A stretch of 64,000 bases of DNA from NCBI GenBank assembly GCA_048013815.1, contig CM106585.1:14570001-14634000 (forward strand), given 5' to 3'. How positions within the stretch are numbered: position 1 is the stretch's first letter; every line of letters starts with the position of its first letter. Positions 36,591-47,676 of this stretch are shown here, in pieces. Made by a program: the position numbers and the translations under genes. Below the pieces are notes generated by a model, which was not told the origin of the DNA, made no database searches, and saw nothing but the letters and a program-made list of their open reading frames with translations. This DNA comes from Setoptus koraiensis. Lineage: Eukaryota > Animalia > Arthropoda.

Positions 36591-39500
36591 TCAGCTGAGA
36601 TTGGATGGCGCAGTCGACTTGCTCTTGTCGTCCGCCAGTTTGGCCGGTGGCGCTTGCAAGGGCCCGTCAACGGAACTTATGGTGGCCTCTTGCAGGTGAT
36701 ATTGTCCATTTTTGAGCGCCATGTTCTCCATCAGTTGCTGCAATCTTCTCATTTTGTTCAATTCGTTCAATGTGGGACTAATTTTGACAATGGACGACTG
36801 AGACTCCTCGGACCTGAGCACCGGATCGTCGTTTAGTTTTGTGTAATCGATATATAGGTCGTTGTTGTTGCTGCCGGATTGCATGGATTGCTGCTGCTGC
36901 TGCTGCTGTTGGTTCCCCGATGCCGACGACGAGCTGGCTCTTGTCGTTGACGAATCGCCGTCCACAATGGCCGAATGAGCACGATAGTTGTTGTTGTTTT
37001 GCTCCTGATTGGACAACGACTCCAGATCTGACTGGTGCTGCTGCAAGTGTCTCATTGTGTGCTCCCTGTCAAACTCCTGATCTTGCTCGTTGCTTCGTTT
37101 CATGGCCATCAACTGGCCGAATTGGCCCCCGTGCTGCTGATGCTGTTGTTGCTGTTGGTGGTGTTGGCTGGGCGCCGAGCGCGCCTCAAACGAACTGTCC
37201 TCCATCATGGGCTCGCTGTAATGCTGCACAATGGTCTTGCGCACAAATGAGGCCCTGGCCGGCTCGTTATTATCCGCGGCTGACAGGCCAGAGCTTTGGC
37301 CAGATTGTTGTAACGTAGACGACTTGTACAGTGAGTCAGTGTCGCCGTCGCCACTGTTGGCGCCATCTACATTGAGCGACTGATGCTGATGCTGATTCGA
37401 TCTAGCAATCAACTGGTGCCCCGATGAGGCCGATCCGTCGCTGCCCTCGTCTACGCCATTGATCTCCATTATGGCCTCGTTTGGGTCACCGCTGTCGGCT
37501 ATGTGCGGCAACAGCTCAACGTTACCGCCCGATATTGAGGCCGGCAGCGTGTCCGTTTCGCCGCTTGTCGAGGCCGCCTTGCTCAGGCGTCCGTTTCTGT
37601 TTTTGGCGCTCTGTTTTCCGCTATTTCCGCTATTATTGTCGCTGTTGTCGTTATCTTCGTTGTTGCAATCCTTTCCCTCGTTTGCCTCCACATAATGCAT
37701 GCTGTTGTGTTTTGTGCTGGTCTTCTGCAGCCTGCCGCCGTTCTTGCCGCCGCTCTTGCCGCCGCTCTTGCCCTTGCCCCGTCTGCCCTTGCCCGACGAT
37801 TTTTTGCCATTATTGTTGTTGTTGTTGCTGCTGTTGTTGTGGTCACTATCATCGTCCGATTGCTGCTCACTGTCCGAATTGTCGCCATCTTGATCCTGTT
37901 GCTGATCCTGCTCGTTGTCTTGCTGATCGTTGTCCGCTTGTTGCGCCTTGCTAGTGGTGACCCGGCGCGATTTTGCCGCCACCAGTTGCTTGCTGGCCGC
38001 CAATTCTTTTTGGGATATCTCGCGCAAATTCTTCAATATGTGCTCCAATTTCTCCACATCCTCGCCCTGAATGGTCACTCTGTTCTCTTTGGAGCCGCTC
38101 TTGGTCAGCTTGCCCTCGTCCTCTGCCTTCTCCTTGTCGGCCTCTTTCTTGGCCTCTTTCTCGCCACCGCCGCCGCCGCCCTCGCCTCGTCCGCCCTCGC
38201 CTCGTCCGCCCTCGCCTCGTCCGCCCTCGCCTCGTCCGCCCGTCTCGTTTCCGCCGTCATAATCGCCGTAATCGTCGTAATCTGCGCCTGCGAACGGTCT
38301 TCGGGGCCGCTTAAATCTGTATCTGCGCCTGCTGCCCGAATTGCGCAACGGCCCGCGGCCCCGTCCGCCGCCGCCACCGCCGCCCCCTCCCCCGTTTCCG
38401 CGATATCGGTGCTTGTGTCTGTTCTTTTTCGGTCCGCGATGCCTGCCCGCGCGTCGCTCCATATTGTCCGTGCCGTCGTCGCTGTCCTCTTCGGCACCGC
38501 TTGTCACTTCGGCCCCATTTTTAATGTTCACCATGTCGCTACTGCTGCCGCCACCGGCGCCGCCAATGCCGTTGCTTGCCGCACCTGTTGGCAAGGTGTC
38601 CTGTCCGGCCCGAATAATACCAATTATAGAGTCCGGATGGGAGCGCGCGTGGCGATTGTCCGCCTGGCCCCCGTTGTCCTGATACTGGCCGCCATTATGG
38701 GCGCTGTTGCTGCCGTCAAAGGGCGCCTGGGCGCCCGAGGTCACCAGACCTATTCTCTTTTTGCTCGTCGTTCTACTACTCGCTCTGTCTTGTCCGTCAA
38801 AGTCCTCATTATTCATTGGCGACCCATCTTCTTCGTTGTCGCTGTCGTGCCTTCTGGGGCCCATATTGTTGCGTCTCATTTTGCTGTCTTTGGTCACTGC
38901 AACACTGCTCGATTGTTGCCTATTGTCGTCGCTATTATTATCGCGTTCGTCCGCCTCACTGCCATTGCCATTACTATTTTGAGTGTCATTGTTTATCTCC
39001 TCGTCGACCGACGACATCGGACCCAGCATGGACTTTGGTATTGCGTCTGGTTGCTCGTCTCTGCTGTCCGATTGTTGCTTATTGTTGCCAGATTCTTCAG
39101 TTGTGGTCTCATCGATTTCGCTGGCCGATTGATTGTCGTTTGAACTGTCGACGGCAACATGACTGTGCAGCGATTTGTTGCTCTTGGCTCGCTTGTTGTT
39201 GCTGCTAGCGGATTGTTTCTTGTTATTGGCGCCCCATTTATCATTGCCATCTGACTGTTGTTTTTCTGTTGGCCTGCGTCTGCCGTTGTTGTTGTTATCG
39301 TTCTCTTGCGACGACGACGGCGACGGCGACGACGATGTCGATGAAGCTATTATGTAACTGGTGCCGGGGCCACCTATTTGGTTTCCCTCTTCATCGCTAT
39401 TGTTTATCTTGATCACTCTACTTGTTGTCTCTTTTGATTGTGCTGGTTCCGTTTCCTCTACAACATTCTGCTGTTGTTGGCGTATTATTGCGTCAGCCAA

Positions 39501-40445
39501 ACTGTCATTGTTGTCATCTAGCGCGTTGCTTTGCATTGAAAACTCTAAATTAGGACTATAATATACAGTAGTAGTGTCGTTTTGACTGCTAACACCGCTG
39601 CTCATTTGCTGTTGGTTATTGTTGTTGTTGTTGTTGTTGTTGCTTGCACTGCCAACAGGTGTGCTGGGTATTTGAGTTATGTAGGCATTGATAGTTGGTG
39701 TAGTGGAGGCTGGATAGAGAGTATAAACATGTTGCTGTTGTTGTTGTTGGTCATTGTTGGTATTGTGAATATTTTGCATATTGTGCTGCTGATGTAAATT
39801 GGACGATGAAGACGACAGTATGTCTTGTTGATTGGCTTGGACAATTTGCATGGTGCCTATAGGATGTAAGGTGCTTCCGGCACCGCTGAAATGCTGTGTC
39901 TTTGGTTGTTGCTGATCGTTTGTTGGCACAACATACAATTGAGTCGGTTGCTGCTGATGCTGCTGCTGTCGATTCGTTTGTTGTCTCAATTGTTGATTAT
40001 CTTGTGGTTCTTGGCGATTGGCGGCCGGATTATTGAACAATATCTGATTTTGACCATTGACAGACGTTGTGGCAGTTATGACAGGTATGCTATTGGTGTA
40101 TATTTGCAACGCCAACTGCGGCTGATAATGACTGCTCGCCGAATCTAGATCGGCTAACGATCCGTTAATGTTGTTGTTGGCGGGCGTCATGTTGGTTGTG
40201 CTGTTGTTGTTGTTGTTGCTGGTGCTAAAAAACTTGTTGGTTTCGTTTCTATTCATGGTTACCACTTCATCACTGTAATGTTCTCGGTGATTCTTGGGCA
40301 CGGGTGGCTGCAATTTGTTGACGCTAGTTATCTCAACAGTCTGGACATCGCGCAAAACGAGGCAAAGTAGAGCTAATTGTAACATTTTGTCAAATTTGTT
40401 GCTATTTCTGTGAGTGTTGTACATTTTCGTTGCTAGTTGATCCAT
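36591..40445 (-). CDS. Uncharacterised large low-complexity (N/Q/S/D/G-rich) protein with signal-peptide-like N-terminus, 1284 aa, intronless
   Basis: A 3855-bp stop-free ATG-led ORF; hydrophobic stretch MLQLALLCLVL near the N-terminus; GGRGE x4 repeat; no globular domain recognised. Confidence 0.8.
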   Translation of the reverse strand: MDQLATKMYNTHRNSNKFDKMLQLALLCLVLRDVQTVEITSVNKLQPPVPKNHREHYSDEVVTMNRNETNKFFSTSNNNNNSTTNMTPANNNINGSLADLDSASSHYQPQLALQIYTNSIPVITATTSVNGQNQILFNNPAANRQEPQDNQQLRQQTNRQQQHQQQPTQLYVVPTNDQQQPKTQHFSGAGSTLHPIGTMQIVQANQQDILSSSSSNLHQQHNMQNIHNTNNDQQQQQQHVYTLYPASTTPTINAYITQIPSTPVGSASNNNNNNNNNQQQMSSGVSSQNDTTTVYYSPNLEFSMQSNALDDNNDSLADAIIRQQQQNVVEETEPAQSKETTSRVIKINNSDEEGNQIGGPGTSYIIASSTSSSPSPSSSQENDNNNNGRRRPTEKQQSDGNDKWGANNKKQSASSNNKRAKSNKSLHSHVAVDSSNDNQSASEIDETTTEESGNNKQQSDSRDEQPDAIPKSMLGPMSSVDEEINNDTQNSNGNGSEADERDNNSDDNRQQSSSVAVTKDSKMRRNNMGPRRHDSDNEEDGSPMNNEDFDGQDRASSRTTSKKRIGLVTSGAQAPFDGSNSAHNGGQYQDNGGQADNRHARSHPDSIIGIIRAGQDTLPTGAASNGIGGAGGGSSSDMVNIKNGAEVTSGAEEDSDDGTDNMERRAGRHRGPKKNRHKHRYRGNGGGGGGGGGGRGRGPLRNSGSRRRYRFKRPRRPFAGADYDDYGDYDGGNETGGRGEGGRGEGGRGEGGRGEGGGGGGEKEAKKEADKEKAEDEGKLTKSGSKENRVTIQGEDVEKLEHILKNLREISQKELAASKQLVAAKSRRVTTSKAQQADNDQQDNEQDQQQDQDGDNSDSEQQSDDDSDHNNSSNNNNNNGKKSSGKGRRGKGKSGGKSGGKNGGRLQKTSTKHNSMHYVEANEGKDCNNEDNDNSDNNSGNSGKQSAKNRNGRLSKAASTSGETDTLPASISGGNVELLPHIADSGDPNEAIMEINGVDEGSDGSASSGHQLIARSNQHQHQSLNVDGANSGDGDTDSLYKSSTLQQSGQSSGLSAADNNEPARASFVRKTIVQHYSEPMMEDSSFEARSAPSQHHQQQQQHQQHGGQFGQLMAMKRSNEQDQEFDREHTMRHLQQHQSDLESLSNQEQNNNNYRAHSAIVDGDSSTTRASSSSASGNQQQQQQQQSMQSGSNNNDLYIDYTKLNDDPVLRSEESQSSIVKISPTLNELNKMRRLQQLMENMALKNGQYHLQEATISSVDGPLQAPPAKLADDKSKSTAPSNLS

Positions 40446-42713
40446 CTTGGTCGCCTATTAATCAACTAGGCCCACACTTTCACTCGATGACAAGTACTGG
40501 CACTGATATTGATGTTGGCAAATTCTCAATCTAATTGCATGTTTTCTTCTTTCGTTTCACTCACAATTTCGATGTAATATGGAATCTGAGACATTGACAC
40601 GGAGTCATACAGGCATATAATGTGATCTAAACTTGATCAAACATGAAATCGCTAGCCGGTGCGAAGAATTGGTGGAGAAAGAGAATCACATGTGTCTCAG
40701 AATCGATCGATCGCTCGCCATGTTCCACACAGGGAGGTGCCGTCTGGGTACACTTTTCTGTTTACACACTAAAGAAAAATATTCCAAACCTTCGGAGATC
40801 CGGAATCGATACTTTCTCTCTTGTATAGGTTACATTGACTAGAAACGATTCCAATGCAAACCACCCAGACCGCACCAGTTCAGGCATTATGTATACAACG
40901 TATGTACCATATACAACATTTACAACATATGCAAGTGGCGACAACAATAAAAGCGTATCTTTCTATCAACCAACCGTCCACAGGATGTTCGTACCTGAGC
41001 TGACCAAACAAGTGGCGAACAAGCAAACAATACCAAACAACTAACCAATACACACACACTAGATGTTATTTCAACAAATACACATATAAATATTGTTAAT
41101 CGATGCGAGTACAATGAATAGTAAGATATAACTTCGTATGACAACTTGTTGCTAACAACTTTCAGTGTGCATCAGGAAGATACAGTTGAGGATGGATGGA
41201 AGGCTTGTTGAGTGTGGAGCAAAAAAAAGGACGAAGAAAAAGAAAAAAGATTCTTACTAAATTCTTGTTGAACTGTTTAACAAGAATAACAATGAAACTT
41301 CAATGTCTCTACCAATCGTCTCAACAAAAACTATCTGAAAAGAAAACTAACAAGCTTCCATAGAGACATACACGACCGCTGAGAGGATGCATACCAAGGC
41401 ATATGTTTTAATGGTTTATCTTTATTTTTTAATGCAAATTCATAGTGAATGGAACATCTTATGGACGGAGGCGAACGATTATTCAAGCATGAAATTGGTT
41501 ACTCATCTTTGATTCAATCTCAACCACACAATAATGGTGGTTTCATTGTTTCCTTTATTTTCTCTCCTTTACTCTCCCTCTTTCTCTCGTTTCAGAATAT
41601 ACATTATCCGATATATACTACCTGTTTAATGTGGATACTCGCCATAGACAGCCGGTAGATACTATAGTGTGGGTTCACTGGGTTTGTCTCCATTGAACTG
41701 TGGTCAGGTGATGGTCAAAATCCTGAGTAATGTTACCTTAAATTTGTTGACATGAACAATAATTGATGAATGTTAGATTAGAAGTAAATACTCCGCTAAC
41801 TACTTGACAGTTTGAGCTACTTGGCTCATCAGTGAGCACTCAAATCCAATGTCATTTGCAAGAAAAAACAAACATAGAATCCGATATAATGGGTTGCTAG
41901 ATCAAATGAATGTTTCAATATTGTTGAAATACTCGGTTCACTCATGCACTGTTATAATCAATAACAGTGCTCTTATAAGAAGAGTAAATCCGGAAGTATG
42001 ACCAATCTCAACTAATGAGTGCTCGACATTTAATGAGCGCGGATACCCATCCATCTCTACTTCACTCACTCTCTCTTCCTGTTTTATATTCTAATGAATA
42101 TATCATCAGTCAAATCCGTTGATTTTTGCCAAAGTTTCACTAATTTTTGACCTACGAAAGAATGGAAAATCAAACTAGAGAATAAGAGTGGTAGAGTTGA
42201 GATAGAGAGGAGAAAACTTGCCCCTTAGATCACGATTGAGTCACTGACACCTAGATTTTCAAGAATTGACAAACAATTATTATTAGTGGTGCAATGCTTG
42301 ATCAGCAGCTATCGTAGTGTATTTCATTCCATCCATAAGTGCATCAATGGTAGGGTTTTTCATGGTCTTTTCTACGTTTCACTAACAGAATATGGTGACC
42401 TATATGCATATTTAGAATACAAATCCTAGATAAATGATAATATGTATATAATGATATATAATACAATTGTAATAATAACTTCATATTACATACATATCTA
42501 AAGATCGTAAGTGTTGATAGATAGAAATTTTGGAGTTTTTGTTTTTGCTGACGCATTCGGTTTTTAAGTTTGCGTTCATACAATAGTCATATATATCTGA
42601 TATACTCTCTCGTGCACTGTTAAACTGGAGCAGGAATTGATCTCGAGATATCTGGTTATACTGCGAATATAAAAAATGTCGTAGTTTTTTTTTGTTGGTC
42701 AAGCATTCATAGA

Positions 42714-44270
42714 CTAGATTCTGTCGTTAGTTGGTGAAGAGAAATCGTTCACTATAGGATTGGAGCTAGTCGAATAAATGCTTGCAGTTGAGTTTATCTT
42801 ATCTTGACCGTTAGCATAATTTTGAGACCTGTCGCTTCGCTCGGTTGTTTTACTAACTCGTATGGGTTTTCCAGCTAGCTCAAAACCGTTTAATTGTTTG
42901 ATGGCTTTGTTAGCGTCGTCTGGATCATAGAATGTCACAAATCCGTACCCCTTAGATTTACCTGTGTCTGGTGACCTAATGAGCTCTATCTTTGACACTA
43001 ATCCGAATGGCTCAAAGACCCCTTTCAACATGTCCTCGGTGAGGTCAGGGTGCAGGGAGCCAATATAAATTCGCATTCCAGGTGGCCTTACATTAGGAGC
43101 AGAAAGATTGGTGGTTTGCTGGACTTGATCTATTGTTTCTTGGCGATTTTTCTCAGCTTGGGTAGGTTGGATCATAATGGGAACACCACCAATCTTCTGC
43201 CCGTTCAGAGCAAAAGCTAAAGGTATGGATGAAGCATCTTGAAACTCAATGTAAGCTATTCCTTTGTGCCGACGAGTTTTTGTATCCATGATCAATCGAA
43301 CTTCTCGTACCTTTCCAACCGAGCTGAAAAACTCATCTAAATCACGCGACGTAACCCTAGCAGCCAGTTGCATCACGAATATTGTATTGGCGTTACGCTT
43401 TGATATGGGCGATTCTGAATGGCGTCTTCCGGAAGTCTTGTGTCCATGGCGGCTTGACTTAGACCTAGATCGAGATCGAGATCGTGTTCGAGAGCGCCCA
43501 CTCCTGTGCCTGTGACGATCTCTGTGGCGATCCTTTACCTTCTCCCTTTCTCTATCTTTGTCTCTATCCTTATCTCTGTCCTCTCTGTGCCTGCTACTAC
43601 GGCTGCTGTTCTTATAACTACGCTCTGATTTAGTAGTGGCTCCATTTATATCAACTTCGTCTTGTGATAGATGATCGTAAGGCACAGAACCCAATTTATT
43701 ATTTTCATCATCTGCTTGTTTTTCTTCACAATCACCATGTCCTCTTTCTTTATCTCTGTGGTGGTGGTGATGATGATGTCTATGCTTATCACTCTTGTGC
43801 CTATGTCTATCATGCCGACTACTATGATGAGAGTCACGATGACGACTTGATAAGGATTTGTGTCGGTGTAAGTGATGATGGCTATGACTACGACTACTAT
43901 GTTTGCTTCTGCTTGGACTTCGACTTCTACTTCGGCTACAATGATCTTCACCGGCTGATTTAGGATGATCATCATGATGCTCTTTTGGTGCTTGCTCGTC
44001 TTGCTCTGTTGTTTTGGTTGGACTATCTGTTGTTGATTTTATTAAGGGACCATTATCATCATTCGTCAGATCATCATCGGGCAGTGGCTGATCATCTTGT
44101 ATCTTAGACGACATATCATCACTTGTGGAATTCTCGCTCTTGCAGGGATCTGTCGTGGGGCTAGCCCTTTCTTGATCGCCATGATCCTTGGATTGTGTCA
44201 TAGATTGATGCTCCTCCTCTTTTGTTTGATCATTGTTCTGCTCGATGGTCATCGGAGAATGATGGCCCAT
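42714..44270 (-). CDS. RBM39: RBM39/RBM23 (CAPER)-like splicing factor: RS/H-rich N-terminus + RRM1 + RRM2, no linker or UHM in the ORF, 518 aa
   Basis: RRM1 TIFVMQLAARVTSRDLDEFFSSVGKVREVRLIMD..HKGIAYIEF, ALNGQKIGGVPIMIQPTQAEKNR; RRM2 RIYIGSLH..TEDMLKGVFEPFG..SKGYGFVTF..LNGFELAGKP. Confidence 0.85.
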   Translation of the reverse strand: MGHHSPMTIEQNNDQTKEEEHQSMTQSKDHGDQERASPTTDPCKSENSTSDDMSSKIQDDQPLPDDDLTNDDNGPLIKSTTDSPTKTTEQDEQAPKEHHDDHPKSAGEDHCSRSRSRSPSRSKHSSRSHSHHHLHRHKSLSSRHRDSHHSSRHDRHRHKSDKHRHHHHHHHRDKERGHGDCEEKQADDENNKLGSVPYDHLSQDEVDINGATTKSERSYKNSSRSSRHREDRDKDRDKDREREKVKDRHRDRHRHRSGRSRTRSRSRSRSKSSRHGHKTSGRRHSESPISKRNANTIFVMQLAARVTSRDLDEFFSSVGKVREVRLIMDTKTRRHKGIAYIEFQDASSIPLAFALNGQKIGGVPIMIQPTQAEKNRQETIDQVQQTTNLSAPNVRPPGMRIYIGSLHPDLTEDMLKGVFEPFGLVSKIELIRSPDTGKSKGYGFVTFYDPDDANKAIKQLNGFELAGKPIRVSKTTERSDRSQNYANGQDKINSTASIYSTSSNPIVNDFSSPTNDRI

Positions 44271-44971
44271 AGTGTTGTAGGATAAGTAGGTATTCCAGAG
44301 GTCAATGATAGAATAGAATGCTATGATGATAATAATAACAAAGGTTTATTCGAGAATATACAGTCATCATGCTTGGGAGTAAGGACTAATACATTGCGAT
44401 ATATACTCTCACTTCTGATTGTTGAGGCAGCTGTCTTTTTGCAAGCACTATCAAAGCTCTGAATGTGGGGCGCCAATTTTGAAAGATTTTATTATTTCGT
44501 CATTATGATCTTCATGACCCGTGAATAGGATGAATTGAGAATATTCGTAAAATTAATGAGATTTCTTACTCCCCTCTCATCCTTAACCGAAAAGAATAGC
44601 CTTGTACGCGGATCCAGCCCGTTATATAGACCCTTTGATATTGTTAGCATGGAAAGCTTTACTAGGTCCCAAAGATACACATGCGTTCATTCATTAGGAC
44701 AGGGCTAAAATCGCTGCATCAGCCATGCTAGTTTCAAATTATGAGTGATCGAGACAAATAAAGAAGAAGGCTATTTGTGACTAAATGTCCTCGAAATTTA
44801 TTTAACTAATTCATAACTCCCCTCTCTACTATTGTTGTTGTTTATTGACATAATCTTGATAATTGTTGTATATCTCGCTCTAGGGATAACACCGGCCCAA
44901 TATGACTATTGTGGCTTTTAGTATATAAGTGTGCGAGCCTAAACAGTCGAATTGTTGTTGTTGTAATACAC

Positions 44972-45537
<566 letters not shown>

Positions 45538-45928
45538 TTCTAACAGATTGTGATTAGTTATTCAGTATTACTTGAAAGTAAATATAAAATTAAGTGACTT
45601 ATTGTTTTGTATTGTAATTTGTTTAATATCAACTTGATAATAATAATTTAATTGTGAGATGTTATAACATTATCAATTTATATTGGCTAGAATGATGAAG
45701 AGTGGTGATCAGCAAGGTTCGGCTCGAATGCAGTGCAGTGCAGCGCAGCGCAAGGTCAAAAGCATGGAAAGAGACAATGGTACACTAGGCTTATAGCCAT
45801 CAACTTGCCACCCTTAGATGGGGTATGCGCATAGCCCATGGCGCCCAATTTGAAGATAATTTTTTTTCTGTTGGAAAAAAAAAAGAAAAATCACCATCGA
45901 GAATTGTCGTTGTTCTATTATTTCATCA

Positions 45929-46621
45929 CTAGTCATTCAAACTTAATGTTTTTAATTGTTGTGCCTGACGTAATCTTGTCAGAACTAACTTCTCATAATC
46001 TTCATCATTCAGAGTTACATTTGTGGTACCACTGCCATGACGGTGGGGAATTTTTTTGCGTTCTGCCCGCAACTGACTCTCCAATTTGATATTCTCTTCC
46101 TCTAATAATTTTGATCCCTCACGCCGGATTCTGGCGATATGTTGCTTTAATTTAATTTGAGCCTCCAATTCAGCATCACGTTCTTGACCACCAAAACACC
46201 GTCTCTCGTTTGCATCTAGGTCGTCTCTCAACTTTTGTCTTTTGCTGTCTAATTCTTTGTATTTGGATTCATGGTATTTTCGTGCCTTCAATATCTTATT
46301 GTAGTCAGCCCTGGCGTTGGGATCCAGGAGTATCTCCAGGGCACGTGATAATTTTCTGAAGTCCTTGGCTGCTTTTTCTGGATTATCTGGATTTTTGTCC
46401 GGGTGACATTTGAGGGCCTTCCTGCGGTAGGCCCATCTGATCTGAGGGGCAAAAACAACATGTAAAAGACGAATGTTTAGACTTTAATAGCAAGTTGGAA
46501 CAGTTGGTCAAAGCTGCATCAAGTGTGCAATAGTGATACTTACAGAGCTCTCGCTAGATTCCACTGGGATCTCTAGAAGCTGATAGATATCTATCTTTGT
46601 TATGTCGTCATCCGTGGCCAT
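45929..46621 (-). CDS. DNAJC17: DnaJ homolog subfamily C member 17 (Cwc23-like), RRM absent; exons 46544..46621 and 45929..46441 (196 aa)
   Basis: J domain IYQLLEI..IRWAYRRKALKCHPDKNPDN..LLDPNARADYN; coiled coil LDSKRQKLRDDLDANER..IARIRREGSKLLEEE; terminal motif DYEKLVLTRLRQA; phase-0 intron after codon 26. Confidence 0.88.
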
Positions 46622-47676
46622 GATTACAAAGTTGCAACGACTAGAAATGAAATATTCAGCGACACCAAAACTATTTGCTACTTTTTTTAAAAAACCATCA
46701 GTGAGCCATGTTCATCCCAATAGAATTTGCGCGATGTTTGAAAACAACTATACCTTTAAAAGGTAACCTTTTTCTGCGAACTCTATAGTGACGCCGGGAC
46801 AAGGGAGCGCCAGACAGAAGAGAATCTCCCCATCTCCCGGCGGGAGAACATTGTCTCTCATCGCTCTCGCACCAGGGTGCCCAAGAAAGAATGATGCAAA
46901 AGTTAACTGAGTAGCATATGATTTTGTCGCCAAGTTCAGCGAAGATCCTGAATTTAAAGTACAAAATTCTTTCGGGGCTCATGAAGCTCTGTTCAATTAT
47001 GAAACATAGCTGACATCGAATCTCATTATGGGAGCCAGCAGAATATTTGGAAATGCTGTTTTTATTCTCATTGCAATATATCTTTTTTTATCCGCCATGA
47101 TTAGAGGCACGCAATCAAAGGGTTGTCTTTTGAAATGAAAACATAAGCTGCCTGTAGAACTGATCGACAGAGTTACAGCAAGAGCTAAGTAGAATTTGTC
47201 TTATTGTTTGTTGGCCAGCCTCGCACGTTTTGGCCGGCAGCCTCTGTGGATAAAATTGTTGGGGAGTGGAGAACTATCGGCACCTCAAATATATTTTGTA
47301 ATTCCCGCTAAACTTCGCAGCTCCTATGATTTCTCATTAAACTTGTTTTCATGTTCAATCTAGTTGGAATAGTTAGCGATATTCTCGTTTGGAGTCGCTT
47401 CAATTCCCTCACTCTTCATCTTCTAACGCTCAGAATTAGAGAGTGATGTCACTTTTTGACCTGGCGGACAATCTTGAAACTTTTTTTAGTTTTATTCATA
47501 TGCATTCACCAGTCTAATGAGAATCACGCACCACTCGTTAATAAAATCATTGTGCTAGCTATGCTGGCTCCTGAATACTCTCTTTGAATGCTTATCCAGA
47601 TCTTGCTTTGACTGTAACGACTTTCAGATTATTACATCCTGGACAGATTGTAGATAGACACCTTTCTATAATTAGA

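Noticed and set aside
37695-39143. 482-aa plus-strand ORF and other long overlapping ORFs at 36.6-40.2 kb
   Set aside because: Antisense shadows of the codon-biased, low-complexity 1284-aa gene; no independent domain signal.
41810-41840. Hammerhead ribozyme on the minus strand (CTGATGAGC..GCTCAAAC)
   Set aside because: The conserved GAAA after stem II is absent (reads TCAAAC).
41985-42050. tRNA-like cloverleaf on the minus strand (GCTC..GAGC D-arm-like stem)
   Set aside because: The anticodon arm is 4 bp + 5 nt, there is no TTCGA T-loop and no 7-bp acceptor stem.
46955-46990. RNase MRP RNA (CGGGGCTCAT resembles CR-V)
   Set aside because: No matching CR-I (GAAAGTCCCC-like) sequence upstream to form P4.
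46800-47010. Small gene or selenoprotein with in-frame TGA between DNAJC17 and ZNF207
   Set aside because: No CxxU-type context, no SECIS seen, no ATG-led model with credible splice sites.
47584-47676. N-terminal extension of ZNF207 from the TTG start in the ORF track
   Set aside because: The family starts at MGRKKKK; the upstream part ends in a pyrimidine-rich AG just before the ATG and is probably 5' UTR or intron.
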